Assembly: GCA_046563655.1 (NCBI GenBank)
Contig: CM102288.1
Location: 6,138,001 to 6,202,000, forward strand
Reading direction: 5' to 3'
Origin: Yuukianura sp. NJ FZ-2021
Lineage: Eukaryota
Length of the DNA: 64,000 nucleotides
Shown here: positions 12,072-24,770 of the stretch, in pieces
Position numbering within the stretch: the stretch's first letter is position 1
Layout: each line of letters starts with the position of its first letter
The notes under the pieces: generated by a model
Told to the model about the DNA's origin: nothing
Seen by the model: the letters and a program-made list of their open reading frames with translations, nothing else
The model's database searches: none
Made by a program: the position numbers and the translations under genes

Positions 12072-14558
12072 ATGCATTCGTTCAAGATATTGATCTTTAC
12101 AACGCTTTGCTTTTTGTCTGTATCATGTAGAAATCGTAGGGAAAAGATCGTTTCAGACTTGAATAAGTTTTTGAACTACTACAACGACTGCAGCGTGCAC
12201 ATATTTCTCTACAGCCAGTGGGTTGGCCTAGTGGAGCCTTCGATTCCTCTGACAATTGGGGACGTTGGTTCGAAGCCAAAAAGCCTCAACAATTTCTTCT
12301 CAAACGAAACACTGTCCAACTGGAATCATGAAAAGTATTTGGATATTAAAAATGCCAAGTCACACTTTTGTGTCATGTATTTTTTCATACACTATAAACT
12401 GGGTCGGAGGCATTTCATTGGCACTGAAAAACTGGAAAAGAACCTTGACCGGAAACCATTTATGTTTTTCCCTGGTGCAGCAGTTTCCTTTGTACTATTC
12501 CGTGCTTCCAAAGAAAAAATTAAAATTAAGCTTACCAAAAACAAGGAGATCCCGATTGCTCTCGTGTTACTTCACGAGGACTTTGGACACTATCGCGAGC
12601 GACATCGCCGCTACTTTTTAGCCGGCGCAATTGAATTTCGTGACTTATTGGCCAGAAGAGACGACATGTACCGAATACCACTATTGTGTCGGCTAACTTA
12701 CAGCAACAGGCTAAACGACAGTTGCTTACCCGCTAACCACAACCTTTTGCGCTTCATACTCTACAAATATAGGAAGAAATACGTCTATGTTGGGATAGAA
12801 CGCGGCGGTATTTGCCGTTCAACCGACGTCAACATTACTGACGAACTTATCACCAAATTTATAGGTGCGCCAAGAACTGCATTCCCAGCTTTCAAAAAAC
12901 TGCGTCGTTTGAAGGATGGCCTTCGCGCAGCTGAGGTCCAAATCCAGTTTGGACTTCAGCTGCTGGCTGCACTGCCGTCCTGCTACACAGTGGAAGTAGT
13001 TAAAATGGACAAACCAGAGCTGTCCTACGACAGGTTTGGCGCACCCCTACGTCAACTACCATTTCGATTCCTTCAAGATGCTTTTGGTATCAAGATACAT
13101 GCAACTCTGTTGATCTTGGGCCACAATTTTCCATATTCCCAAAGGCCCCGCTTAACCAATATGTTCGACCTAACGTTTGTTACTTGCGATGGAGTCAAGG
13201 CGGCCTTGTCTCTCAAAATTTACTTTAGGCCGTATGACTCCGGCAGTTGGATAGGCATTACCCTAATTGTGGCTCTGCTCAGTCCCGTTGCCATGGCACT
13301 TATTTCACTTTTTAAGCAACAGCCGTGGAACCAATCTGTAATATTGTTCGTCATGTACTTGGAATCTACAGTGGTCGGTCTCTTGGAAGTCAGTTCTACT
13401 GTTAAACACGCAATTCTGACCAAGTTTAGATTAGAAATGTACCATCGAATTGTTTTTGGCGGTTGGCTTCTAATGGTTGTTGTTTTGGTGAATGCATACA
13501 AAGGACTAATTACAGCTCAGGTAACTGGACCACGCGAAATACACCACAGTTGGAAAAATATTGAAGACTTGGATGGATTTGTCGTTGCAGAGTATGTAGC
13601 CCGTGACTTGATGCAGTATCACAGAATAAACAACCAAACATATATACATATTAACCCAATCTACTGCGATTGCATGGAGTTGGGTTATAAACCAGTTGCC
13701 AAACAGTGGAAACGCGCGCCGAGTAGAAAGGAATGCTTATCCTTAACGCCCAGGATCAAATCTCAGTTAAATTATTTGAGAAACAAGTACTTTAGCGAAA
13801 CCAAAGTAACGCCAGAGTTTTGTCGCAACTATAAAGGTAAATCGCATGGCGATTTTTGGAGGATCGCTCCATTGTCTGTTCCGATGAACAAATCCAACAC
13901 AAGCAGTGTCCAGCATAGACATGTCAATCTCGCCTATTACAATTCCCATCGCAAACTCGAAAACGAGAAGCTTTGGCTTGCTGAGTTTTTCAAATGCAGT
14001 AAGTTTGCAGTTGTAGAACGCAAAAACGTGGTTCAAAAGATGGCAGCCGAAGCTCTCTTGATGAAAGCAGGACGTTCTAACATTTCGTTTCCGCCAGGCG
14101 TTACTATAGGCAAAACCCCAATATCTTTACCTGGAGGTATGACATTTCGCCGTCCTTATCCTCTTTTTCGTTTGATCCAGTGGAGAGCTGAGAGACGATT
14201 ACAAGCTATACTGGAGAATGGAATGTTTGCGTTTTGGACTTACTGGAGTATGGAATACTACAATGATCAGACATCTACTACAAACTTGCTAACAGTACTT
14301 AATAAAATTCCGAGGAAAATAACAATGGAAACAAACATTTTGTCATGCACGTACATCTGGGCTGCGGGACTACTATGTGCTTTAGTTTTCCTTGTGTTGG
14401 AATGGTGTTGTACAGTAGATTACCGCTTACTTGTTCTCAATATTCACTTATTCTTAATTCGCATGTCAACTAGCATTTTACGTGGTTTGGTTAATATTGT
14501 AGCATACATACGGGTTACTGCCAAAATACTTAAAATGCTAAGAAATCTGGTATTTTAG
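12072..14558 (+). CDS. Divergent ionotropic receptor (IR)/iGluR-like membrane protein, intronless, 828 aa
   Basis: Single long ORF with signal peptide from ATG 12072; pre-M1 FVTCDG..LSLKIYFRPYD..W, M1, M3-like WLLMVVVLVNAYKGLITAQVTGP, RLQAILENGMFAFW, and an M4 helix. Confidence 0.75.
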   Translation: MHSFKILIFTTLCFLSVSCRNRREKIVSDLNKFLNYYNDCSVHIFLYSQWVGLVEPSIPLTIGDVGSKPKSLNNFFSNETLSNWNHEKYLDIKNAKSHFCVMYFFIHYKLGRRHFIGTEKLEKNLDRKPFMFFPGAAVSFVLFRASKEKIKIKLTKNKEIPIALVLLHEDFGHYRERHRRYFLAGAIEFRDLLARRDDMYRIPLLCRLTYSNRLNDSCLPANHNLLRFILYKYRKKYVYVGIERGGICRSTDVNITDELITKFIGAPRTAFPAFKKLRRLKDGLRAAEVQIQFGLQLLAALPSCYTVEVVKMDKPELSYDRFGAPLRQLPFRFLQDAFGIKIHATLLILGHNFPYSQRPRLTNMFDLTFVTCDGVKAALSLKIYFRPYDSGSWIGITLIVALLSPVAMALISLFKQQPWNQSVILFVMYLESTVVGLLEVSSTVKHAILTKFRLEMYHRIVFGGWLLMVVVLVNAYKGLITAQVTGPREIHHSWKNIEDLDGFVVAEYVARDLMQYHRINNQTYIHINPIYCDCMELGYKPVAKQWKRAPSRKECLSLTPRIKSQLNYLRNKYFSETKVTPEFCRNYKGKSHGDFWRIAPLSVPMNKSNTSSVQHRHVNLAYYNSHRKLENEKLWLAEFFKCSKFAVVERKNVVQKMAAEALLMKAGRSNISFPPGVTIGKTPISLPGGMTFRRPYPLFRLIQWRAERRLQAILENGMFAFWTYWSMEYYNDQTSTTNLLTVLNKIPRKITMETNILSCTYIWAAGLLCALVFLVLEWCCTVDYRLLVLNIHLFLIRMSTSILRGLVNIVAYIRVTAKILKMLRNLVF

Positions 14559-14856
14559 CCAGTTTGTTTATACGAAGCCTTGTAATTCTTACTTACTTGA
14601 TGTACAAGCTATAATTGAGTTTGTTCAGTTGCACTTTCATTAAAATAGTCTAAGCATTGTTACATACCATTTGTGATTTCATTTGTTCAAGTATATTAAC
14701 ATTCTACATTTACTTCTACATAGTCAAAAATTTTATTAACAACAACAGAAAATTTAAACTGCATGGCAAAAATTGAAAAATATGTCAATTTATTGAGCCA
14801 ACGCACACACGCACTTTCTTATTGCTGGGTATGGTGAGTGAGCAATTGGGTTTGGC

Positions 14857-15152
14857 CAAGGTGTCTTCACAACGAGTTAGTGTTTCTTTAACAGGTTACG
14901 CAATAAGTCCAGTTTTCAAAAAATCTACCTTTTTTTCTACCTTTTTCGTTTTTTTTTCTGACTTTCACCCCCTTTTCTACCTTGAATTTGCCAATTGAAA
15001 AGGCATCTCAGCGAATTTTTTAATTACATTTACCATACCAACGGCGATTGAAACTGCGAGAATTCAGTTTTTAAGACTTTTCGCAAAAGAACTTAAAACT
15101 TGAGTTATTGTCTAACCTGTTAAAGAAAAAGTATTCTTGTTTATCAACCCTG
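14857..15152. mobile_element. Degenerate hAT-type MITE
   Basis: 8-bp TSD GGTTTGGC (14849-14856 and 15153-15160); ends CAAGGTG.../...CAACCCTG; subterminal inverted repeat TTTCTTTAACAGGTTA / TAACCTGTTAAAGAAA. Confidence 0.7.
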
Positions 15153-18100
15153 GGTTTGGCTGTGAGTTCTCACAAAAAGGCGGGGGAGATTTGAAATCTT
15201 TGTGCCAGTTTCATTGTCTTCTGCTCTCCACAGTCCGAGCAAACTGTTAGTCATACCCTCTCAACCCACAAAAAAGTGAAAAAAAAGGTTGTGGAAGAGA
15301 GCATGTCGCTTCGTATACAAGATGTAGGTAGGGATGAGATAGGGGAGAATTTAGTACTATTTGAAATGGAAAGTGATGGTGGACGATATGCTTTTGCAAT
15401 TGTGTTTTGGGATTCAGAATAGAATAGAGTCTAAACTTTGTTATTCCCACCATGGTTCAGGACAGACGCTGAGCAGAAGTTTAAGTGAGCAGATTGTCCG
15501 CCTGTCCAAATTTAGTCATTTTTCAAATTGGAATTTAGAAGATTCAAATCAGGTACAAATCCGGGCATTTACGGTAATAAGCGAGTAGTTATAGCTAGTA
15601 TTGGTTCCGGTAGAGTGAGACGGTAAACGGCAGGCAATACGGTACAAATTCAGTATTTAACACAACAGTGGTAGTTTTTGCAATATTTCTTTTTGGAAAA
15701 GTGGCACAACCGATACCACAGTGGGCAGTGACCAAAACTTTGTTTGTTGTTGATCTGCGCTATTTCCTTTTAGCTGTGCAAGGTATGGCAGTTGTGCTAA
15801 AACTGAATTAAATATTTGTATGCTTGCAAAAAATACTTTTGCAAAAAAAAAAGTTGCAAAAAATGTACACTTGTGTACGAAAAAACGAATTGTGCTCCGT
15901 GTTTTTAGGTTCGTGTACTATCAATTTTGTTATGAAACAACTGTTTGCGAAGAGTAAGTGAAAGTTTTCCGACGAAAGAAATAATTTTTTTCTGAAATTC
16001 ATTTTTCGGAGGTCGTGATTTCTCAGTTTTCTAAAAAATTCAGAAGAGTTGGCTAATTATCTTAGCTTGACTAAAAATCCAGACAACAGAAGGAAATTAT
16101 TAGCAAGTAGTGGTGCAGTAGTACACTTGTGTTTTTATTTGTTGAAAAGTTGACTTTGCGGTTAAACTTTCATTAAAAAGTGAGTAACGTTATTATCAGA
16201 GCGAGTTAACCGCAAGCGTAACGTCCAAAAACCGCCGCGAAGTTTAAAACTGTTAAGAATCTAACGAGTTTCGATGGATTTTGATGAATTCGGTCTAGAA
16301 TTAAGTGGATCCTTGCATGTTCCCACTCATCCCACTTCCCGTAATAACACATAGCTCCGGAAAAGTTAGGCCATATTTCCTAGCTTTCTCTCAAAAATGT
16401 ACTAAAAATTTTCGTGCTAAAAAATTTCAAGGTCAAGGTTGTTTCTAAAATTTTCCTTAATAGAAAACTCTGCTCTACTTCCACTTTCACCCAAAAAACC
16501 ATGCTAAAACACTATTTTTTTTACGTTGACATTTCACTCCAGCAGTCCAAGAATTTCACCAACATAACAGCTGCGCTTTTATTAGTTTTTCTTTTCAACA
16601 TAACAGTTAACCGCCTTCAATTTTTTTTTGAAAACTCTAACAAACTCGTTTTTCAAAAAAGTTGAAGTTCATTTTACTAAGAAAAACGGCAAATTTCAAA
16701 TCATTCATTAAATTACAAGTTTGTGGAAATTTTCAAAGGAAGTTCGAAATTCGAGAAAATTCAATAAAACTGGGCGACCCACTTTCGAAGCAAAACGTTT
16801 GAAAAATTTATTTGTGTCAAGAACAATTTGGAAGTTAAAAAAGTTGGATTCGACGCTCCTAATGCTACATAAGTTGTTTATTTGCAGAAATTAGTAGACA
16901 CATGATAAACAGTGTTTTAAATTTAAACATTTAAACAGTTTTGTATTGATTTAGACTCGGAATTCAACCTGTTTAAAAGTGAGATTATATTTTGGCATGA
17001 AGGTCTTTTCGTAATCGACAGATAAGTTATGTGGTTCATCCCAATTCCAATGTTTAGCTTACTTGTCATAGTTTTAGTTACTCCCTTCTACCGCACCGTG
17101 CGTCACTGAATCTCAAAATGTCAAAGTGTAGAGTTTAGGTTTCGCAGTTAGCATAATTTCCAGAATGGTAGTGAATTTGTTCACGCAGTTATGAGTTTCA
17201 CTTGAGTTAAAATGAAAATTTTGGATTCCTGGACTTTTTCTAACGCAAATTCATGAACCGTGAATCTTATGGACGCAGAGTGAAGGACGAGGTTTATAGA
17301 GGCTCGAATTTTGAAAATATTGCTTTACATTGTGAAATATGTGTAGCGTCAATCAGTGTTTTTCTAAGTAAGTCGGTTAAGAATTTTCCGCTCAATAGTG
17401 TCCTGTCACTGATTTTTTTGGGAAGTACTTGAGTGGAGTGGATCACCGGTATCAGCAATTTTGTAGTGTTGGTTCAGTTGTATTTGTGAAATGGCCGAGT
17501 GAATAACGAGTGACACCCTTCCGGTGACAAAGCATTTCACTTCCACTTTAACTCAAGTTTAGCAGAAATCAGATTAAATCTGAGTTTTAGTCAGCACTCG
17601 CCAATATAAAAAGCTCAAACGTAATTGATTTCCAGTTTCTTTCTAAAACAGTAAATTTTTTTTTCATTCAGCTTTAATTTTTTTTGTATGTCCTGAGTAG
17701 AGCAGTGAATTTATTTTTGGGCCTGAAATTCTTTCAAAGAGTGTTTTTGTTGGGAGTGCTAGATTTTGTGAAAATTATTCTGCAGCATGAAGTTTTTCGT
17801 CAGAATTTGAATCACTAATCAAAGCAATTCATAATTACTGTTTCATTCATTTGTGGCCATCACACACATACCTTGTGGTAAAACAATTAGTTTGCAAAAA
17901 CTAAGTTATTGGAAGGACGAGTTCTTGGAGTTGTTTGGATAGTTGAGAAGCAGGTTTTCAAAAAAGAAAATTAAATTTTGATTTAAATGAAACCTTTTAC
18001 TGAAAACTTTAGTTTATTGATTGCTATAGTTGAAGTGAAGTGGGTATAATACTAAAGTAAAGCTATAGTTTAGCGGGCAAAAAAAAGTTTTATGAAACTT

Positions 18101-18989
18101 TATTCTAAGTGCGAAAGTGCGAAAGAACGAAACGTTTTTCTTATTCGTAGCGTTAATCGTAAAATTTACGGGATTAAGAAATGTATTTGCCCATTAATTA
18201 TTGAAAACTAGACGCGGGAGTTTTTTTTTCGCTAAAAAGCAATTTTGACTTAACCGGATTCACATTAATTTCCAGTTTTCATTTCTGGACAAAAGTTTAA
18301 TCAAACTCAAGACTCTACACCAAAATTATGTTTGATGACATGCAGCAAAACAAGGTTGAAGGAAAACGTGTGATTAAAAGTTGTTTCACTCCAGTGTGTC
18401 CTTGCCGTCTTAAGTGGGCGATCATCTTCCAAAGTATTTGTAGATTTGCAACTTTGGAAAAAAAAAGATTTTAGAAACTGCGAAAAAGCGAGCTTTAAAA
18501 GTTGCGAACAAAACATCCATTGAAGTGAAGCGGATGAGCAGAAATTGGCGTTTTTTGTTAGTTATCCAACTTTTTTTGAAATGAAAAGATACATTACCGG
18601 CGTGACTAAACGCAAGGTCAACATGAGCTCATCTTTTCTTACATTTTTTGTGTCTTTGTAAGAAAGTGAGTAAGATATCTGGAAAGGTCATGCCTATTAA
18701 TGTCCCGAGGGAAAACAGGTTTCTTCTGTAGTGTTTTGAGGTCACATCCAGCCTCCTCATTTGCAAATTTTACACAAATCTAAAGTTGTTTTGTTCGTGG
18801 GAGTGATTACTAACTAAATTTTCATCTTTTGCAAACTTTTGCTCATTCTCTCTGTTTGTGTTGTACTTTTATACGTTTTTGTACTTTCAGGATGTTTACA
18901 GTGAGACAGTGACGGAAAAAAGTAATTCTTGAAGATTTTGGCGCCAACTTGTTCAAAATTTTGGAAATTTGAGCCAGAGGTCAAAGGTC

Positions 18990-21900
18990 ATGGATGACAT
19001 CATTGATTGGAGATGGTTGAAAACTGGAAAGGAGCTGCTCAACGACACTTGTGGAGCAAAGGGCCTCATTTTGCCTTTGATTCCGTTTGAGGGTACTTGG
19101 AACCCTTATGTGAGGGGGACCCTGTACATGGCGGGACTTCTGTACTGCTTCATGGGCGTGGCCATAGTGGCAGATATTTTCATGGGAGCCATCGAGAAGA
19201 TTACGAGCAAAACGAGAAAAGTAAGGAGTTAAAAATGACATGTTCATTTTTAAATACTCGCGGTACTAAATTCATAATGGCTTACTAACACGAACCTATA
19301 GTAAAGCCTTGCGCATAGAAACTAAGAATTAGTTAGATATTTAACACATAAACGGTAAATAAAACATAAATGCGGTGCTAAATATTTAGAGTCGTACCGT
19401 AGTTCACGGCGTATAGCACGCACATAACATTATAATTCATTTTTTCCGTTTGCAGTTGTTGATTTGATTTTTAGGTGGTTACCCCTAGAAATGTGCCAGG
19501 TTGAAGTGAATCAGTCGCTTCTATGTACCCCCACATCAAAACACTCTTCGCGAGTATTTTATTTTACATATTTTTACTGAAATTAACTTGGATCAATACT
19601 AAAGCGTCCGAATCGCTCATGAACCCAGAAATGAAATCATTTAAATTTGAAAACGGTACGTGGAAAATTAGAGTATAACACAAACAAAATTCCAAATTTC
19701 AAAAAGCTACAAATTGAAAAGGAAAATTGGAGTATAAACGTCAAAACAGTCGAAAAATTTGTTTGTGTGGAAATGGCTTTATGCATTTGCGAGACATATG
19801 TCTGGAAATAGGGTAACTTCAAAATATAACAACGAAGAAGTAATTGAGTTTTTTTTTCAGATTTATTTGTCTACTGGCAAAGACTCTGATCCAGACGTGA
19901 TAGAAGTTCGGATTTGGAATGACACTGTTGCCAACTTGACCTTGATGGCCCTCGGGTCATCTGCTCCAGAAATCTTGCTCTCATGCATCGAAATTGTCGG
20001 AAACAACTTTAACGCAGGCGCTCTCGGTCCAGGAACAATTGTTGGATCAGCCGCTTTTAACTTACTGGCCATCACTGCCGTTTGTATTGTCGTAGTCCCC
20101 ACGGGGGAAACAAGAACCATTCGACTCCTCAAGGTCATTTGAATTTTTCAAAGTTTTTTCAAAATTATGTCAAAAAAAAATGTCGTTGAGTGGCATTTTG
20201 AAACAGTTGCTCCATTCTCCAAGGTTTTGTAGAATTGAGCTTGATAGTTTAAAGGTTAGAGTGGTTCCCGGGTAGAAGCGATGTGGGTTCGCATCCCACT
20301 CGGTCCCATGATTTTTTTACACTCTGTTCTTTGTCTCTCAAGTCATGTGACCCCTGAAAGTCACAGTTGCTCTAACTTTTCTCTTTTTTTGGTGTTTAGG
20401 TGTTCATTGTGACTAGTGTTTTTAGTTTCTTCGCCTACATTTGGCTCCTGGTAATTTTGGACTTCAGTTCGAAGGATGTCGTTGACATTTGGGAAGCTGC
20501 CTTGACATTTTTGTTTTTTCCGCTGCTGGTGCTGATTGCATGGTGGGCTGACCGTGACTGGAAGTTTGGTAAACGCGTAGTTGCTGTGGATGCTGAGCAA
20601 CAGATTGAGTTGGGAGCTGCCACAGAGGGCGCTCAGGGTGGTGAGTGTAAGTACGGTTCTCACTTTCTAAGCTTCAGCCGCACAGCGGTCTTCCCGCAAC
20701 AGTTTTTCGCTTTTTCTGTGACCTTGTCAAGTTTATGTGGTCTTTGTCTTCCTGCTGAGCTTCCAGAATCGCTCGATGTCCTGGACGGAGCAGTTAACCA
20801 CCAGCATAATCGGTCCAGTTTCAGAAAAAAAAAATGATTTTTTTTACTGGAAATTTCAAATTTAGCTACCACCATTTCCATAAAACGTGAGAAAAGTGAA
20901 AGTCAGAAGTGATGGTTTGAGTTAAAAACTTTCTGAATTTGTGAAATAATGAGTGGGCTTTCTACTGTCCACCTACACGTTTTCCAAAAATAGAAATGAA
21001 GAATGTTCTAATTGGACAGATACACATCACGAACTCACTCCCATTCTGTGTCATTGCTCATTTGCTTCCTGTACGCACTCAAAAAATTAACACACTATGC
21101 CTAAACTTTTTGAGAAAAAAAAACGACAAATTAGCACGCTATGACATTACTTTTCGGAAGAAAAAATTCTACTGCTTAGAGTCTGACCTTAGAAAATTTT
21201 AGAAAAAAGATATACATATGCTATGAATTTGAATAATTCAAAGTTTTTAATTTCTTTCTTGACATGACGAATTTTCTGACGAATTTAAATTGGAGTTGGA
21301 AATTGCTTTGCAAAAAAAGTTGCCTGTACTGCTTCATTGTTGCATGTTTAAAAAAAAAGTTGCTAGTTTGCTTAAGCTAGAAGTTTAGTTGAGTAATTGA
21401 GTAATTGCAATTAACTAATTGTTGGTAAAATTAACTTATGTATAGCGGAAACTATGCTGCAAAGACGAAGCAAACTTTTTCTGCACAACGGAGAGGTCAA
21501 CAGAGAAGGACTCATTGATTTCTACAAGCAACTCAGGCGCTATTCCAATCTTTCTGACAGTGACGCTGCAATTCTGGCTGCAACCAAGTAAAATTCAAAA
21601 TTTTCAGAATTTCAATTTCCACATTACTCATTTTTATAAAATTTTGAATTTTTGCAGATTAATCGACAGTCAACCGCATTCCAGAATGTGGTACAGGATT
21701 GGAGCCGTTCGAGGACTCACTGGAAGCAAAAAAATTCATCCAGTTTTGAACGAGAAACTTCAAATGGTGAGTTTGTAGACTGGAACTTGATAGCTCCAAG
21801 GGTTAGAGTGGTTTCTGGATAGAAAAGACGTGGGTTCGAATCCCAATGGGTTCATTATGTTTTTTACACTCTCGTTCTTTGTCTCTCAAGCGATGTAATC

Positions 21901-24770
21901 TATGAACGACACTAATGTTGACCTTTTGACATTTGTTGACCTTTTGGCCTATGTTGACCTTTTTACCTTGACGTAGGTTTACAACACGATCAACGAATCT
22001 CCAGAAGTGCCTGACCTTGGCTCACTTCCGAACTTGGTAACAGATACGATTCAAGACAAAGCAATTGTGGAATTCGAAGCAGCAAGTTTCTCTGTGCCTG
22101 AAAATATTGGCAAGTTCACCGTCACGGTCGTACGACATGGCAGGATGGACAACACGGTACGCGTTCGAATAGAGTCATTTGACGGAACTGCTAAGCAAGG
22201 GTAAAAGTTGAAAACTTTTTTTGAAAATTTTGAAAATCTAAGAATTTCTTAAACTTTTTTTTGTTGAATTTCAGCTCTGACTACATTCCGGTGGACGAAC
22301 AACTTGTGTTTGGTCCTTATGCAAAGGAGCGGGAAGTGACAATTACAATAATCGATGACAACCAGTGGGAACCTGACGAAGAGTTTTTTCTGCGCCTGTC
22401 ACTCGTTGACGAAGATTTCAATCGAAAAGATGTCACTCTGGGCAGACTTCCCATCATGGAAATTGTCATCCTCAATGACGACGGTGAGCAAATAATGTTT
22501 TTGCTTTCATATTTTGCTTTAAAAGCAAAAGAAGCAAGCATCGGATTCCTTGTTTGCTGTTTTTGACCTTTTGGTGATTTAGAAGCTAAAAAAATAACTA
22601 GCTTTCAACGATAAATTTGACTTCAGCAAGTCAACCTTTTATTTAACAAGTAGCCCTATTCTGGATGTATAATTTGTTAAATTTACATGGATTCAGTAAT
22701 ACAGGAGAAAGGAATGCGAGGCAGCATTCCTTTTTGCAGTAACATTTTTGCCTATAAAGCAAAAAAAGCTAAAACAGCAAAAAAAAGTTATTTGCAGGAA
22801 AAAACATAGCGTTGTGTTTAAAAGATTACTTTTTTCCCGGAAAAGTGATAAGCACTCAAAAACCAACTTTTGGTTAAACATTTTTTTAAAAATTTCAGAA
22901 CCGGGAACCATCGGCTTCAAAAAACGCGGTGTTTTGGTGAAGGAAAGTTGCGAATTTGTTACATTGGAAGTCGAGAGAACAGGAGGAGCGGATGGAGAAG
23001 TTTCTGTTCAATGGAAAACTATAGACGAAACTGCAAAGTCCCCTCATGACTACGTAGGAGGCGAAGGCACCCTCGTTTTTAAACATGGAGAGGTAAAACT
23101 TTCAAAATTCTGAAAACTTTTGAAAAAAAACTCACTTTTTCGAAATTTTGGTTCTAGACGTCGAAGAACCTTGAGATTCAAATTGTAGACGACGCTACGC
23201 CAGAAAAAGACGAGTGTTTTGAAGTGGAACTTTTTGAGCCTACAGGAGGAGCCAAACTCGGCAAAAATTCCAAAGCTGCTGTTACAATTACAAATGACGA
23301 TGGCAAGTCTAAAATTTCAAATTTTCCGAAGTTTCATGCTATGGTTTTGATCGAAAACTGTTTAATTTTTGGTTCACAGCGTTCAACTCAGTTTTAGAGC
23401 GTCTGAAAGTGTTGACCTCTGCTAAGATCGAGTCGATGCAAGTTCACAACGAAACGTGGAAGGCACAAATCTTCGATGCACTGACAGTTAACGGTGGAGA
23501 TGTAGAGGGAGCCACTGGATTTGATTACTTCATGCACGTAATTCTGTTCGGATGGAAAGTCATCTTCGCTTTCATTCCTCCGCCAGGCATCATGGGTGGA
23601 TGGCTCTGCTTTTTCAGTTCACTCGCCGTCATTGGACTGCTCACTGCAATCGTCGGGGTAAGTTTTGATATGTAAAAAAAAAGTTGGCGCCGTGAATTTT
23701 CACGCTCAACTGAAAATGACGATTCCTTAAGTACTGACTTGCACCGGAGCTAATCAAGGTTCCTCGACAACGGAAAATGAATTTTCTTTGGGTTGGGTAC
23801 TCCCTCGCATATTGACAAAATAACAAAAAAAAAATGGGTACCACTTTTAGTACCAACTCAAAAAATTGACAGCAATTCATATGCAAAATGTAAAAAAGTC
23901 GGCTGTACTGTTATGACTACGGATGAAGAGACACTTTTTTTTGCAAAATCAAAAAAAAAAACATGAGGTATTACGCAACCTGTTAATGAAAATCAATGTC
24001 AACAAACCTTGGGAGCTAATGCTGCCCCTCAGATTTTGATTTTGTTTTGTATTGTATTTCAGGATTTGGCGGGAATCTTCGGTTGCTTAGTCGGACTTGA
24101 GGACACTGTGACAGGTATTAAAAGTTTGCAAAAAAAGTTTCTGCAAAAATGAAATTGTCATAAAGAATTTTTCTTTTTCTGCAGCAATTACGTTTGTTGC
24201 ACTCGGAACATCGCTTCCTGATTTATTTGCCAGTAAAGTAGCCGCACTACAAGAGAAATACGCTGACAATGCCATTGGAAACGTCACTGGTAGTAATTCA
24301 GTCAACGTCTTTCTGGGCTTGGGACTCCCTTGGCTAATAGCAGCCATTTACCACGAAGCAAAAGTAAGTTTAGGTCAAAATTGACACCAAAAACGTCAAA
24401 CCTTCGAGCAATACAAGCTAATCCAATGTTCTGAACAAGACTTTTGAATCATGCTGTATTTCTATTTTGTGGCTTCTGTTTTGAACCATGCTGTATTTTG
24501 TGTTTCCAGGGAGGTACGTTCGTTGTGGAGTCGGGGTCCCTCGGATTCAGTGTTTTAGTCTACTCCTGTGTCGCTTTTATCGCCTTGTCTCTGCTTCTCA
24601 TTAGAAGATTTTCACCGGTGTTCGGAAAAGCGGAACTGGGCGGACCGACGATACCGAAATGGATTTGCGGCATCTTCCTCCTCTGCCTCTGGCTCACCTA
24701 CATCTTACTCTCCAGTTTACAGGCTTATGGCATAATTCCATGGGGTGACCATGTTAAAACAGAATTATAA
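18990..24770 (+). CDS. Na+/Ca2+ exchanger (NCX/SLC8 family) with two Calx-beta domains, ~13 coding exons
   Basis: alpha-1 repeat [17 protein letters not shown] and [12 protein letters not shown], Calx-beta domains ([34 protein letters not shown]), alpha-2 repeat [14 protein letters not shown] and [17 protein letters not shown]-terminal AELGGP...[10 protein letters not shown]. Confidence 0.93.
20237..20350 (+). mobile_element. tRNA-derived SINE-like element, copy 2 (NCX intron)
   Basis: GAGCTTGATAGTTTAAAGGTTAGAGTGG...GTGGGTTCGCATCCCAC...TTTTTTACACTCTGTTCTTTGTCTCTCAAG; similar to copies at 1265 and 21783. Confidence 0.75.
21783..21898 (+). mobile_element. tRNA-derived SINE-like element, copy 3 (NCX intron)
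   Basis: GAACTTGATAGCTCCAAGGGTTAGAGTGG...GTGGGTTCGAATCCCA...TTTTTTACACTCTCGTTCTTTGTCTCTCAAG; intact A and B boxes. Confidence 0.78.

Noticed and set aside
20767..20815. Cassette exon in the NCX cytoplasmic loop ([15 protein letters not shown])
   Set aside because: There is a plausible acceptor but no GT donor in the required phase 1.
20237..21898. Intronic tRNA genes
   Set aside because: A and B boxes are present, but the anticodon arms are shortened and inconsistent and all copies share a non-tRNA tail, so they were called SINE-like.
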